This document shows positions 50,629 to 63,345 of a stretch of 64,000 nucleotides of DNA, one piece after another. Each line of letters starts with the position of its first letter. The stretch's first letter is position 1. Position numbers and translations under genes: made by a program. The DNA is from Massalongia carnosa. Lineage: Eukaryota. A model generated the notes under the pieces. That model was given only the letters and a program-made list of their open reading frames with translations. It did no database searches and was not told where the DNA came from. Location of the stretch: positions 1,860,001 to 1,924,000 of the forward strand of contig OZ287076.1 of the NCBI GenBank assembly GCA_965645245.1. Reading direction: 5' to 3'.

Positions 50629-52613
50629 CAGTCAGATCGGGTTATAAGAAACTGCTGATTAAGAAATCTCGGCTAGTAAGAAACTCTGACGAAAAGACCG
50701 GTTTTTTTCTGGCGAGGGATAAGAAACCTCGCTCTATTAGAAAATTTCTTAACTTTCTCTAAAAATTTTGCGGTGGTTTCTTATAGTAAATATGACTTCT
50801 CCTTCGACAACTTTGAGATATAATAGTCAAAATCCGGAGACTTCATCTCCTTCATCCCGAAATCCTCGAAAACGTCCTACATCCCCGCTTTCTCCCAGAG
50901 AGAGAAGCAGAAAAAGCGTGACGCCTTTATCGACGATCAACGACGAGCATTACGACAGCGTTATCAAGATCCTGCTGTATCTGGAGATGACAAGAAATAC
51001 GAAAAACTGGCCGTTTGGTTTGACAATCTTTACCGTCATAAAATTGACAAAGGACAAGTTTCCAAAATCCTCTTACATAAATGGGCTCATCTAGATACAT
51101 CTCACGCATTGCTACGCCCGAATCTGAAGAAAACTCGAACTGCACTTTGGCCTGAATTAGAAATGGCCTTATTTGAGTGGCAACAACGCATGCAACGCAA
51201 AAGAGCGCCTTTGTCGGGCGATTTGTTAAGAAAAATGGCCTTGAAATTTTGGAAACGATTGCATCTGTACCGTAATCAACCACCTTCCAGGTTCTCTATT
51301 GGACCGCTGGATTCTTTCAAAAGAAGATACAAGATTACAAAACATAGACAACACGGCGAGCTCGGTTCCGTCAAGCGTGTGGAGGTTGAAGAAGAGCTAG
51401 AAGTAATACAGGTACAGCTATTACCATACAATCAGGAAGATATCCACAACATGGATGAAACTGCGTTATTTTGGAAGGCTGCACCCAGTATTACATTGGC
51501 TACGGAACAGCTCCCAGGCGGCAAGGTAGAAAAAGCGAGAATTAATGCAAATTTCTGTTGCAATGCTACCGGAACTCACAAGCTTCCTATATGGTTCATT
51601 GGAACGGCCAAAAATCCGCGTGCTTTTGGTTCACAGGGTGTTCACGCTTGTAACCTGCATATGGTATGGCGCAGTAACAGCAGAGCTTGGATGTCGGGCG
51701 ATATATTTCGGGAGTATTTACGGTGGTTTAATGGCAACGTAAGTCGTAAGGTTGTATTGTTAATTGACAGTTTTTCAGCCTACCAAAGCGGCTGGGATAC
51801 CATAGTTGCTGAAGGTGGTTTATCCAATGTTAGCGTTATATTTCTGCCAGCCAATGCTACCAGCTTATGCCAGCCGCTGGATCAGGTAATTATAGGCGCT
51901 TTCAAGGCTCATTACAGACAACGCTGGCTAGAGTACATGGCCTCCGAATACGACGCAGATAGGGAGCCGTACGTACTGATGGCAATACGTTGATGCGTAG
52001 CCGCCTGGAATTACGGTGTTACTCATTTAACTATCTCTAATTGTTGGCTGAAATACCGTGTAATCGGGGCAAAATATGGGCCAATGACTCGAGAAGAGGC
52101 GGAGAAATATGGCTATCTCAATGAGACTCGGGCGCAAGAGCAAGAAAAAGAGCAACGACTACAGATACAAGCTACAATAAGGCGTTTGGAAGACCGTGGT
52201 CATATACAAAGCGCCATACGTATTGGCGAATTTCTGAACCCGTTGAAGAGGTGGTAGAGGATACCGAAGAGGATTTGGAGGATCACATCGTTGCTATATA
52301 TGGTGGCCATGAAAGGGAATACGAGACGGAGGAGGAGGTCATTGTATCACGCTCTACGAGCTCTTGAATAGTTACGGTTATATTAGGAGCAACGAGAGGT
52401 CGGTGACGATGATTTGATACGTCGTCTGAATCGTAAAGAGTGGGATATCAAGACCTCAATGGCGATTAGCTCTAGGCAAGCTGTAATGACGGATTTCTTT
52501 GCCATTAGGTAGTCGATAGGTATAGTCTTGAAAATATGCCAAGAATTTTGATATTAGAAACCTCGCTTAATAAGAAACCTAGGTGCTACGATTTTGGAGT
52601 TTCTTATAACCCG
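50629..52613 (+). mobile_element. pogo/Tigger-like (CENP-B HTH + DDE_1) transposon, degraded, right TIR clipped
   Basis: TA|CAGTCAGATCGGGTTATAAGAAACT at left and AGTTTCTTATAACCCG at right. WPELEMALFEW, NMDETALFW, LLIDSFSAY, CQPLDQ. Confidence 0.88.
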
Positions 52614-52683
52614 TATTATCATTAGAAAATAAATCTCCTTACCATCAATTGCTTCAAACATAATATTATTTTTATTCAGCGTC

Positions 52684-54671
52684 ATGGGACTGAATGAAGA
52701 AGAAATTCCGAGTGTTTCAGACAAATCCCCCGTTTCAGCAAAGCAACATAAGATAAATAGCAAACGCACTGTTAAAAGCATCTTGGCTGACATTCCTCCT
52801 TCTCTTTAGAGTTACAAACCCATTTCAATTGATGATAGACCTCCAAGATCGCTGGTGAATGGTCTTGTTGATACTCCTCTTGGATTTTTTTCAGCTCTTT
52901 ATTACGACTCAGCTCTGTCGGACCATCGCATATCATACGAACATCAAGGCTCACAACCATACAGAGAAAGAAAAGGAGAATAATCATCGCCCATGGTATG
53001 ACATCATTGGACCAGAAATTGAGGTTTTTTTGGGCATTCTTTTGTTTATGGGCATGGATCATGCGCCTGCCACGGAAGATTACTGGAATCAATGCCCCGA
53101 CAAGCCCATTTTCCTATCTATTTCACAAGCCATGTCCCTCGTACGATTTCAACAAATCAAGAGATTCTTAAAGCTTAATAATAGACGTACAGAACCTCCG
53201 CGCATAGGCAAAGGAGTCGATTGGTGGAAGAAGTTGGAACCTCTTGCTACTGGTTTTCGTCAGGCCTCGTTGAAGTACTATCAACTAGGAAGCATCATAT
53301 CAATTGATGAGCAGCTTATTAAATTCGAAGGTCGATCATGTCATGCTCTACAAATAACCTCAAAGCAGGCTGGAAAGGGGTTTAAAATATATAGTCTTTG
53401 TCAGAATAACTACTTGATATCTTTTTTTTTGCCTCTAAAGTTAGTGTCTTTCTTAAAAATTAAATCTCATTTTCCCCTTTTGATCTCTGAATCGTGATCT
53501 CTTTCGGACAAAATTCCATGAAACCTCGTGTTTTTGCTGTAAAACCCTCTGTTTTCTGTTGCTTTTTCCAACATAAACTGCAACGATTAACACGTATCAG
53601 GTCACAAAAATCAGTCAGTTAAAAACCGCTAGACAACTGGGCTTTTTAGCAAAGGATGGCCTTTCGGATAGTGCTTTGCTGGTAATTAAGCTTTGTAAAA
53701 CACTTCCTGAACCACTGAATTACACTCTTTTCTGCGACAATTTCTTTATCAGCATAAAGCTATTCAAAGCTCTTCGATAACTAGGAATTGCTGCATGTGG
53801 AACAGCTAAAAAAGGCTCTGGATTTCCCGCGAAGTTGTTGGCTTCGCGGGATGTGGCCATTAAATCCAAACATTGGGGACTTCGGGCCAGTACGATTTTG
53901 GATGAGGTGCTCTCTTTGGGATGGGTGGACAATAACACCGTTCAATTGATGACTACTCGTCATCATCCTCGGGAGCTTGATGACTCGTACTATTCACATC
54001 CGCTTAAAAGGCATGGAATTCCAGAAGACTCCGTTCAGCCAATCATACCCATATCATACTATCCCTCAATGTACGCTCATATCATTTTGCTGCCTAATCA
54101 AACACCTTCATGGCCTTTAGGCCTATCGATTCCGCACCAGTCAGAGAATATAATCTTCACATGGGTGGGTCAGATAGAAATGCTCAGCAGAGAGCGGTTT
54201 ATTCTTATCAACGCCGAAGCGATCGATATTGGTGGCCACTGTTTATTTTTTTGTTAGATGCTGCTGCGCTCAATGCATATAAGCTTTATCTAACTGATGA
54301 CTTCAGAACAGAAGGAAAAAAACCCACTCGTACGGATTTACTCATCATCTTGCCCTCAGTCTGATGAAGAATCCCCCTGGATAAACCCGACGACATGAGT
54401 CAAAGATAAGATTCAGACCAACTCTGAGCCTTTAGTTTCTACCCCCGAGCACCATTATATTCATCTAGAAAAGAAGCGGAAATGCGTGCCCTGCAATGTC
54501 AATAAAACAAGGCCCTCCAAAAGAAAATGGGAGCCTTTGGCTGAAAGAGACGCTAATGGCAGGAAAAGAAAGCAGCGAGGTTCTCAAACAAGATGGGCAT
54601 GTGGAGGATGTCATCCAATCAGACCTTATTGTAAAAATCAGGCCTGCTGGGCGGCAATACATTTGAACTGA
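52684..54671 (+). mobile_element. piggyBac-like transposase pseudogene
   Basis: AMSLVRFQQI, SIDEQLIKFEGR, GFKIYSLC, FCDNFF, ACGT, YNLHMGGSD, YWWPLF and a C-terminal Cys-rich domain. Multiple frameshifts and stops; termini not identified. Confidence 0.88.
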
Positions 54672-55339
54672 AAGAAGTATATGGAGTGCCCTGAAAAGTA
54701 AGTGAAAGGGTTATGGAAGGAAGAAACGGGGTGGGCTCGGCCTCCGCAAATGATTGGCTCTCAGCGTTTTGAAATGATTGGCTCTCGATCCTCCGGTTCT
54801 GTGTTTTCATTGGTCGGGTTTTGCGAAACGATTGGCTCTCGATCCTCCGGTTCTGTGCTCTTATTGGTCATTAATACGGACATTCGGATTTTTTGTCGTT
54901 CCGAACGATCTTCGTGTCACAGTAGTCATGGTCAAAAGGAAATCTATCATGTGGTAGACATATGACGATGGACTATTTATGAATGGATGCGATAAGCCAA
55001 GCCTTTAGTCTAACCTCAACGGTCCATCTAGGGCAACCGTAGATGGAACGTTCATAGATGGTTCAATGACCTTCACGTGTCCTATTCTGCTGATAGAAGA
55101 AATTTCATGTTCTTGTTTAAAAGGTTGGAGTGCCTTTGCAATTTCTTCTCCTTATTTTATGTTTTTAAAGTGGCAAGAGCTGTTTTTTCGAGATTAATTC
55201 TCTCGCCTATAGCTTTTATAAAATGGCCAGTTCTTTCAATCCTTCTATGCCAAAGCATTTGCTTAATTCTTCTTCTACACGTATTCGAAAAAGAGGATGA
55301 ACCTCACGTGCACCGTTATCAGCGACCTCTTTTCGCCCA

Positions 55340-56440
55340 ATACTACCAGGACCGTCCGAATCAAATGAAAGAGGGTCGAAGAAGCTTCCTCTTCTTCATC
55401 TCAATCTGTTCTTCAGTCGATGCCTTTCAGCGTTGGGCTAGAAGCCCGCCCTTGTTCTACATCTCGATCTGTTCTTCAGCCCGCTCCCTGCAACGTTGGG
55501 CCGGAAGATCGTCATTCTTTCTCATTTCAATCTGTTCTTCAGCCGGTTCCTTCCAGTGTTGAACCAGAAGACCGCCTTACTTCTATATTTCAATCTGCTG
55601 TTTCACCCGCACCAAACAACATTGGGCTGAAAGATCGCCGCCCTTATTCTATATCTCGACCCGTTCTTCAACTAACATCCCGCAATGTCCCTGCACGATC
55701 TACTGTTAACTTCAATGCCAGAGATGTGTTGATTAATGATTTTAATAGAAGAAAAGCCGCCGCTTCGTCCTTTCCGCCTGTTCTAACCGATATTTCTACT
55801 CGCGAAGCTATTAGGCGTTTCCAGACTCATGTAGAGACTGTCGTAGCCGACACTACAAATGTCCGCGCTTCTTGTGGACAGTTCATACATCATACTTTCA
55901 TTAAAATGCTACATAAAACGGATCCTATATTTAGAAGGGCCGTGTCGTCAAAGACACTCGTGGAAGCTAATCTTGATTATTGTAGATTAAAGGATGACAA
56001 GTTTTACTTCTGCAAAGCCTGTTATGGAATGATTTTGCAATCGAAAATCCCAAAATTCGGATCCGTTAATGCTGTCAGCATGTCTACTTGTCCAAGTTAT
56101 CCCATGATTCTTAAAGACTTGACATCGGTAGAAGAAGCCGCCATTGCTCGAGCTCATCCGGTGATTTCTATAATGAAGTTAAGACCTAGTGGAGCCAGCC
56201 GTTTCATCTCCTATCAACGAATACGCGGTCATGCTGTAGCACTCCCCCAAAATCCTGGACCGTTGCTCGATATCTTACCGTCGAGCTCCTTAGTGCTGCA
56301 TGACGTGATCCGAATAGTGTGGGCTAGCAAAAGGGCTCATACCGTTGAAGATATTCGTCCTTTTGCTCGCATCAGAAGAGAAAAAGTCCTACAAGCCTTA
56401 CTCTGGCTTAAAGACAACAATCCACTATATTTTGAAATAA
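55340..56440 (+). mobile_element. Helitron fragment (DUF6570-like region upstream of Rep/helicase), truncated
   Basis: SCG..C..FCKAC..KIPKF..N..CPSYP..LKDLTSVEEAAIARAHP..RGH..LPQNPGPLLDILP..KVLQALLWLKDNNPLY, recalled as typical of fungal Helitron-associated proteins. Confidence 0.72.
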
Positions 56441-56713
56441 AAGGGGCTGAGGGAGCTGCACTGAATCAATGAAAAGGCTGATATGCTGCGCTTGAAGCTC
56501 TATAACTAAATTGAACTGAACTAACTGAACTATTTAAGAAAGAAAGAAGGTGGGATTATTTGCCCAAATATATACACCGAATAAGGCTGTCATGGAGTCT
56601 TCGAGACACTTCCATCGCGTTCGTCGCAGGGACCTTGTCGTGCGATAATAGCGGAATTATAGATTACCATAGAATGTTCCATGAGGTGAAGTCATATCGG
56701 GTAAGACAACTAC

Positions 56714-58214
56714 GAGATGCTTAGGGACAGTCCCCCCCCGACCGTCCCCTGTGTAAATCTTTGCTAGTAAACAGCCATTTCACTGCTCATCCAGGGTGCG
56801 TACAAGCTAGTAATGCAACTGCCAACAGCATATTAAACTCTTTTCGGTTTAAATCGTATGACGTATTTATTGCTACTAATAATTACCCTACTCGGTCTGA
56901 TAAAGCATACCCTCACCCTCACCCTCACCCTCATCCTCACCCTCATCCTCACCCTCACTTACCATTTGCCCTTGCCCTAACCCTTTGCCCTCTCTAAATC
57001 TCTCCTTCCACTTATGCTATACCTCATATTATATATTTTACTACTTCTCATCGCGATGAAGTTCGATTCCACTTCTTTGGATGCACGAAAGCAACATGCC
57101 ATTGCCCTTCTATCCTCACCTCACCTTCTTCCTCCGCAAGAGAATGAATTATTTTCGTCTTGGAAGGAGGCAAAGACTCGTCTTCAAGACTATGCCTTCA
57201 TTCAAGGCTTCGCGTTGATCACAGAAACTCACGATAAGAAAAACCATTTAGTCGTATTAGACTACACACGCCACCACAAAAGAGTTAGAAACACTAGAAA
57301 AGTAAGGGAGGAAGACCGGATGCGAGTCAATATCAAAGTTTCGTTCAATGAGTGCCCTTATCGCCTCCGTCTCAAAAAAAAAACAAAGACAATGCATGGA
57401 GACTAATAGTTACTAACTCCGAGCACAATCATGAAATGGTCACTGATCCCTTTGCATTCAGAGAACATCATAGTAGGGACCCTGATCGAACAAATGCCCT
57501 AGATCAAGAGAAGAGTCTCCGTGCATCGTCAACCCAATATGGCCAAGCAGCGAGAATATTAGGAATCCAAGGACTCCGTCTGTCGAGGAGCGATTATTAT
57601 AATCTCGCTCATTCGGAGGGAGCTCACACGCCTGAAGAAGAGCTTCTTTTTGCCTTGGGCTCGTTGAAAGACAGGGGCTTTCATGTACGGTGTAAGGAAA
57701 AATATATTGTTAAGAATAATGTGCATGAGAGACGGGTAATAGAACCTTTTTTTTTGCAATGCGGAGCAAATTAGGCTGGCTCGACGTTTCGTGGTGGGTT
57801 TCTATTAGAAACGGATGCAACGTTCAATACTAATAAATTAAACTTGCCTTTATCCCTTTTGGTTGGAATCACTAACACCGACCTTTCGTTTCCCGTCGCT
57901 TATTGCTATATAACTTAATCCTACCTCAGGCAGCGCCGCCTCCATCTCTTTATAGTCTTAGCCAAAACGTGCGCGTCAGTCAAATTCTCTCTACTTCCTC
58001 TGCAATAACGCGAAGGTCTCGGGGTGTGGCGAAGAAATCAAAGGCTCAGTTGGAGTTGAGATCTCAGCAAAAAGTCGAGAAATCAGTCAAACAGGCTAGG
58101 GATCAAGCGAGAAAGGAAACGGCGATGAGAAAGGTGGCTAAAACCATGAAGCTTAGAAAAGATGATGTATCGCAATTGGCTGACGAGTTTTTGGAGTTGA
58201 AGTCATCGCAATAA
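56714..58214 (+). mobile_element. Mutator-like (MULE) element with an internally deleted transposase
   Basis: Terminus GAGATGCTTAGGGACAGTCCCC; FAR1/WRKY-like region (LQDYAFIQGFAL, CPYRL, HNH); MULE domain start TDATFNTNKLNLPL..VGITNT..FPVAYC, then a jump to the C-terminus. Confidence 0.82.
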
Positions 58215-58271
58215 GTAGATTTGTAGATGTTGAATACACTTAGTCAGTAATAGCAACATTATTAATACGTA

Positions 58272-60142
58272 TCCGTGCCGCGTAGCTGGCACTCAGTCCT
58301 GCGGACTGAGTGCCGAACACCCATATAACCGTTTCACCCATATAACCGAAAATTTCACTATTTCACCTACAGGCCCAAAACATCAGGTTATCAACGTTTT
58401 GATAAACCATACGAGCCATTCACTATATAATATGGTATCTTCCGTTTCAACTCCCTAAATATCGGCCCCCATCGCTTTCGTTGTTGACGATCAGCCTTCT
58501 TCTGACGATCCGACTCCAATTGCTCCTCTTCCTCCTTTCGCTCGAAAGTCATTCTTCTGCATTGATCCACCTGAATAACTCCTCCTTTTTGAACGTAATG
58601 CTTGCTCTGATTGGCCCTCACCTTTCGAGCGTTTTCGGCTGCTTTAGTCAGTGCTAATTGATCCGATAACAGCTCGCTTTCTCGAGCACATGCTAAAGCG
58701 CCTTTGACGAATTTCGGATATTGAGCCTCAATTTCATACGAAGCTTGAAGCAAAGCACTCAAATTCTTCGGAGTTTGCGGGTCCGAAAGATCATTATCCG
58801 AATGATCAGGTGTTTAATCATAAATATCAGCCAAAGGATCGGCCTCAATGTACGAGGCCCCTATTCCCAATTAATCGAAGACAACGGACGGATCGAAAGG
58901 AATGATGCCCACGGCCTTCCATGCTGATTTTATAGTCGAAATTTTGAATGCTTTATTTCGAAACGAGTTGAAAGCATTCAAAAATTCCACCTTATTAAAC
59001 GTCTCGTCCCCATGGGCCATTGCATCCTTAACCGCCTCAGCATGCCAATGTTTCAGGGGCTGAGAAACTACGACGTCCAATGGTTGCAACAGATGAGTCG
59101 TATGAGGTGGCAGGCCGAAGGGGATCATTTTGGCCTCATTGCAGTACTCAATAAATTCAATAGTATGATGCGACCCATAACCATCCATCATTAGTAGTCG
59201 ATACGCCCCTTTTTGACTCTTTGAGAAGTGCTTATCGAAATGCTTCAGCAATTCTATAGATAACCAGTCATTTGAATAACCAGTCTTGGCTGTCGAAAGC
59301 ATGACTCCATCATTCTAATCATTTTCGGCCCATGAACCTTGAATCATCAATCCACTGAGTATGAGAAATGAAGGAATGCTCCCCCCAGCGCCATTTATAC
59401 ATTTGATGGCTGTCAAACTTTCACGATTGTCTGGATCTTTAGAAAACACCTTTTTCTGCTTGTCATCTGCTAAAGTAATGACCCAATCTAATCGTGCGAT
59501 GCCCAATCGAAAAGCCCGTCTCATCAAAATTCCATTTGTCCTCATCACATATGCCATGCTCATGCACTATCTGACTGTACTGGTTAAAATGAGCTCGTAA
59601 AACGACCGGGTCCTCCGCATTCGTACGGCTGCAATAGGCTTGCGTTTAATCTTCTGAAATTCGAAATGACGACTCATCCATCGCGTGGCCCATGCATGAC
59701 TCAATGGTTGTGGTGGGGTCGAATCAGTCCAGCCCTGCATTAGCAACTTTTTGGCAGCTGCTTCTATCATTCGAAGATGAGGATGAAGGCCTAATGCGAT
59801 CATTCGTTAATATATAAGCCTAAGGCCAAGTCTTGATCAGATGATAATCGACGTCCATGCAGTCCTCGTACGTCAGATGCGGGGGGATGACCTTGAAGTC
59901 GAAAACGAAGTCGCTGCGAAGGCACGTCGAATTGACGCGCAATTTTAGCTCTTTTAGCTGTAGGATTTTTTCGTAGATGATTAATAGCTAGCTGAATTCG
60001 AGCCTCAATTTCCTGATAAGTGGAAGACATGATGATGTTGATAATAATTTATCAAGGTGGTTGGTCAAAATATTTAAATTTTCGGTTATATGGGTATTCG
60101 GCACTCAGTCCTGTGGATTGAGTGCCAGCTACGCGGCACGGA
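58272..60142 (-). mobile_element. Fot1/pogo-type DNA transposon, full length, transposase disrupted
   Basis: ~60-bp TIRs TCCGTGCCGCGTAGCTGGCACTCA with TA TSD. HTH at 60030; WNFDETGFRLG, NRESLT, LMMDGYGSH, LPPHTTHLLQPLDV. Confidence 0.93.
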
Positions 60143-60436
60143 TAATGTGCATGCAATGACGAATGGAATGCATGCAGATATGAGTGCAGAAATTTTCGAA
60201 GTTCCTGCTCCGGAACGGATAAACAACCTGATTTAGCTTACTTGGGGGGTGTTAATGTGGGTGTCAAGGTAGTGAAAAGGGGTGTCCCGGTATTGATTCC
60301 CTTCTTTAAAAAGGGTCAGAAAGGGGTACCAAGCCGCTTACTTGATTAGTAGATATTTAAGGTTTTGGGGGCTCTAAATCTATAGCTAGTGCAGGGGGAT
60401 AGATAATAAGCCACTGAGCCAAAAGACTACTATGGT

Positions 60437-62853
60437 TAGGGCTAGGATATGTATTAAACATGTTTATTGACTAACCAGATCGGGAAGTGTTTAATACGTG
60501 TCAGTTGGCCCAACTGACAGACACAGGGATTAGCTACAGGGGGGGGCGGAAGAAGCGGGAAGATAGAAAGTGGGGAAAAGATACTTTATTTTGTTAGCAA
60601 TTTGCGTACAATTTTATGTATCTCCTACTCTACTAGCTAGGTGTTTATCCAAGCTCTCGTCGCATCACCAAATATCGTTTGACTCGCCGGTCTTTTCGAT
60701 GATGACATGGACGTATCAGATAAAGAGATCTCTTCTTGCAGTAGTCTATCCTCCATCTCACAAAGATCCGTCTCATTGATGTCGATGCCAGCAAACTGAA
60801 GCTTGCTTTTGAAATCTGTTGGCCGATTAAGAGTACGCTCATTCATGTAAATAAACATGAGTTTATCGACATTGATAGAATGTAGAGAGTTCCGACTTTT
60901 GGTCATGATCAAATTCATGACCGACCAATTTCTTTCTGCCAGCACCGAATTAGCAGGCAAGCATTATTACCTTTCTAGCTATGTTGCTGAGATCAAAAGC
61001 AAAGCTTCTGGAAAAGTTCCAAAACAGCTCCGAATCCGTTTGATATGTCCAGCATTCGGAGGCAGGATAAAACCCGTCTTCTTGATTTCGAAAAGAAAGC
61101 CATTGCTTCATTGCCGACTTTGCTTCTTCAACGTTCAGATATTCAGCAAAGAATCTATGCATGATAGAGAAAAATGCCTGCGACGTGGATACTCCAATCA
61201 CCTGAATGTTATGATTCTGAGGAACCAACAGAGCTGCTACCACATGAAGTTCAGTTATTTGACTGAGATATCGATCTTCCCAAACTATCTCTGCAATGTG
61301 ATGCAAATCCATCTCAGAATCTTCATCCTCTTTGGCCATTGTATATAGGTGAGATCGAAGCCTGTTCCAATTGGCAGTCACCGCGTACAGTTTATGCCCC
61401 TCGGCCTCGGACATGTATTGTGCTTTATGTATGGGATCAAGAATTTTCTGTACGATGGCCAGCTTTTTCCAAAACGAGAAGTCGTTGACGAATGTTCCTA
61501 AAGGATGACTTCTGCCCTGATCAATGCCCGGAGCATTTTGCTGAAAATAATCCAAAATTGCCTGCTTGCTTTTTAGCACCGAGTTCAAAAGGCCTACAGT
61601 CGTACCCCATCTGGTCAAAACGTTGAGAATCAGTGATTGACGTTGATTGTATGCCTTTGAAAGTTATAAATTAGCAATGACGTTTTGATGCCGCATTGAA
61701 ATTTCATTCCTACTTACCTTCATCTGAAAATTCCATAGAATGGCTAATTCTTTATTCGATCCACGAAAAGCTATCACTATCGACTGAGCTTTTTGCATGA
61801 TGTCTGCAAAAAAAGGAAGCTTCAAAATGTCTCCCAAAAGAAGCTGTAAACCGTGACTGTCGCAAGGAACGAAAAAGACGTGTCTCATCTCAGGAAACTT
61901 TCGAATTTCAGACCACATGGCCTTCATAGTAGAGCAAGTATCTGTTCCTATACAATTGACTCTCCAGAGCTGATTATTGGTCGCTTCTCTACAGCCTTTT
62001 ATCATCCACTCAGCTTGAACAGCTGCAGTCATCGTCTCAGCGATGCCGGCCATTGCATTTAAATGAAAGCCCCCCCCTCGAGAGGTAGCTGATGAAGGGA
62101 CATGACAACAGAGATTAATAACCCGTTCCTTCTTAATGTTGGCCGTTTCGTCGGTAAAGAAGTTGAGATAACTGCAGGCATCTAACTGCTGATTTACTTT
62201 CAGTTTAACCGTCTCATAGGCGTCGTCCAATAATTTCCCGCCAACGAGCTTATGATGTGGAGGTTTATATCCAGGATGCATTGCTTGATGATGAGCAATC
62301 ACATAGGGATTTTCGAAGTGGTTAAACGGAAGATTGGTCATAAAGACGGACATTGCAGCAGCGCGATGAGCATGCGCAACTTGGGCTTGATTTAAGGGAC
62401 GAATCAAAGGGGTGATAGGCAATCGAATCAAAGATTTGCTGCTCCTAGAAGACGTCTCTTGCTGTCTTCTTTCTTGCACTTCTTGAAAGGCATTGCATGT
62501 CTGCAAATGCTGCTGACCCCTGGTAGCAACTTTGGCAGACTGATATCCGCAATGCGTACAACGATGCTGAGGGTATTTCATGCCTTCAATGATGACATCA
62601 ACGAAATTCTCATCTACCAATGCATTTTTCGGTCGACCGCCAGAATGTCCAGATTGTCGAGACATGATCAATGTATGTATAGAGATAATAGGAAGGTACC
62701 TCAAATTAGGTAGAAATGTCTAGTAATTTCAGGTATTGATCTATGCGAAAGATAAATTTGACATGCTTAAGTAATATTATACCAAAAAGACAGGGTCCAA
62801 GTCTGCACGTGATGTATAATACGTGTCAGTTGGCCGTATTTTTCCTAGCCCTA
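60437..62853 (-). mobile_element. hAT DNA transposon, copy 2 (inverted relative to copy 1)
   Basis: Same TIRs; 8-bp TSD ACTATGGT (60429-60436, 62854-62861); nearly identical to 23592-26014. Confidence 0.95.
60637..62665 (-). pseudogene. hAT transposase copy 2, +1 frameshift near 60960
   Basis: Intact N-terminus, same intron, and an extra T (ATGCTTGCCTGC versus ATGCTGCCTGC) ahead of the dimerization region. Confidence 0.88.
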
Positions 62854-63140
62854 ACTATGGTAGTTCTCCTACACATAGGTGCCCCGTGCCCGGTATATTG
62901 CGCCCGCTGGCTAGCAGTACTGAGTATCGCTGTAACAACAAAGATCTCAAATGGAAAATGACGAAGACAAATAACATTCATCGTCAAACAAATATCATGC
63001 TTGAATGAAAATGTTGATGTTAATTTGTGTTAATTTAATTAAATTGTGATCAGGCAGTTGAGACTGCGATTATTCAATTAGACTAGCTTGCATTTTAGGA
63101 TTTCAGGTAAAATCTCTGCAGATAGTAATCAAATGAACTA

Positions 63141-63203
63141 TTCGTGCCCCACACTTTCGCTCGGTCGACTCGCTTTCGACTGAGCGAAAGTGTGGGGCAC
63201 GAA
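63141..63203. mobile_element. 63-bp fold-back element (MITE-like) flanked by TA
   Basis: 28-bp inverted arms TTCGTGCCCCACACTTTCGCTC(G/A)GTCGA with one mismatch around a 7-nt spacer; TA on both sides. Confidence 0.7.
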
Positions 63204-63345
63204 TATCCCTTCTAAATCTTCGTTTCATGCATCAAGGTGATCAATTCTTCCTCCAATATCTATCACCTCAACAATCTGTCCACACGGTTCAACTGATATC
63301 GCCCATCAGCGTAACATGCGCTCCGACAATTCGGTCTCCGCCAAA

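Noticed and set aside
56440..56708. LTR-like remnant on the minus strand
   Set aside because: Only one plausible terminus, with no TSD or second copy in the window; mentioned only as part of the nest.
59569..59579. ATCTGACTGTA, matching the missing tip of the pogo right TIR
   Set aside because: It lies in frame within Fot1 transposase codons (QYSQI, before WNFDETG), so it is most likely an 11-bp coincidence.
60245..60300. GGTGTC-rich TIR-like end, with a similar one at 5655-5720, as the right end of the 56714 MULE
   Set aside because: It does not match the reverse complement of the 56714 terminus and no TSD can be paired.
23592..62853. One giant composite transposon or Starship spanning the two hAT copies
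   Set aside because: Each copy has its own distinct TSD, and no tyrosine-recombinase captain gene is seen in the window.
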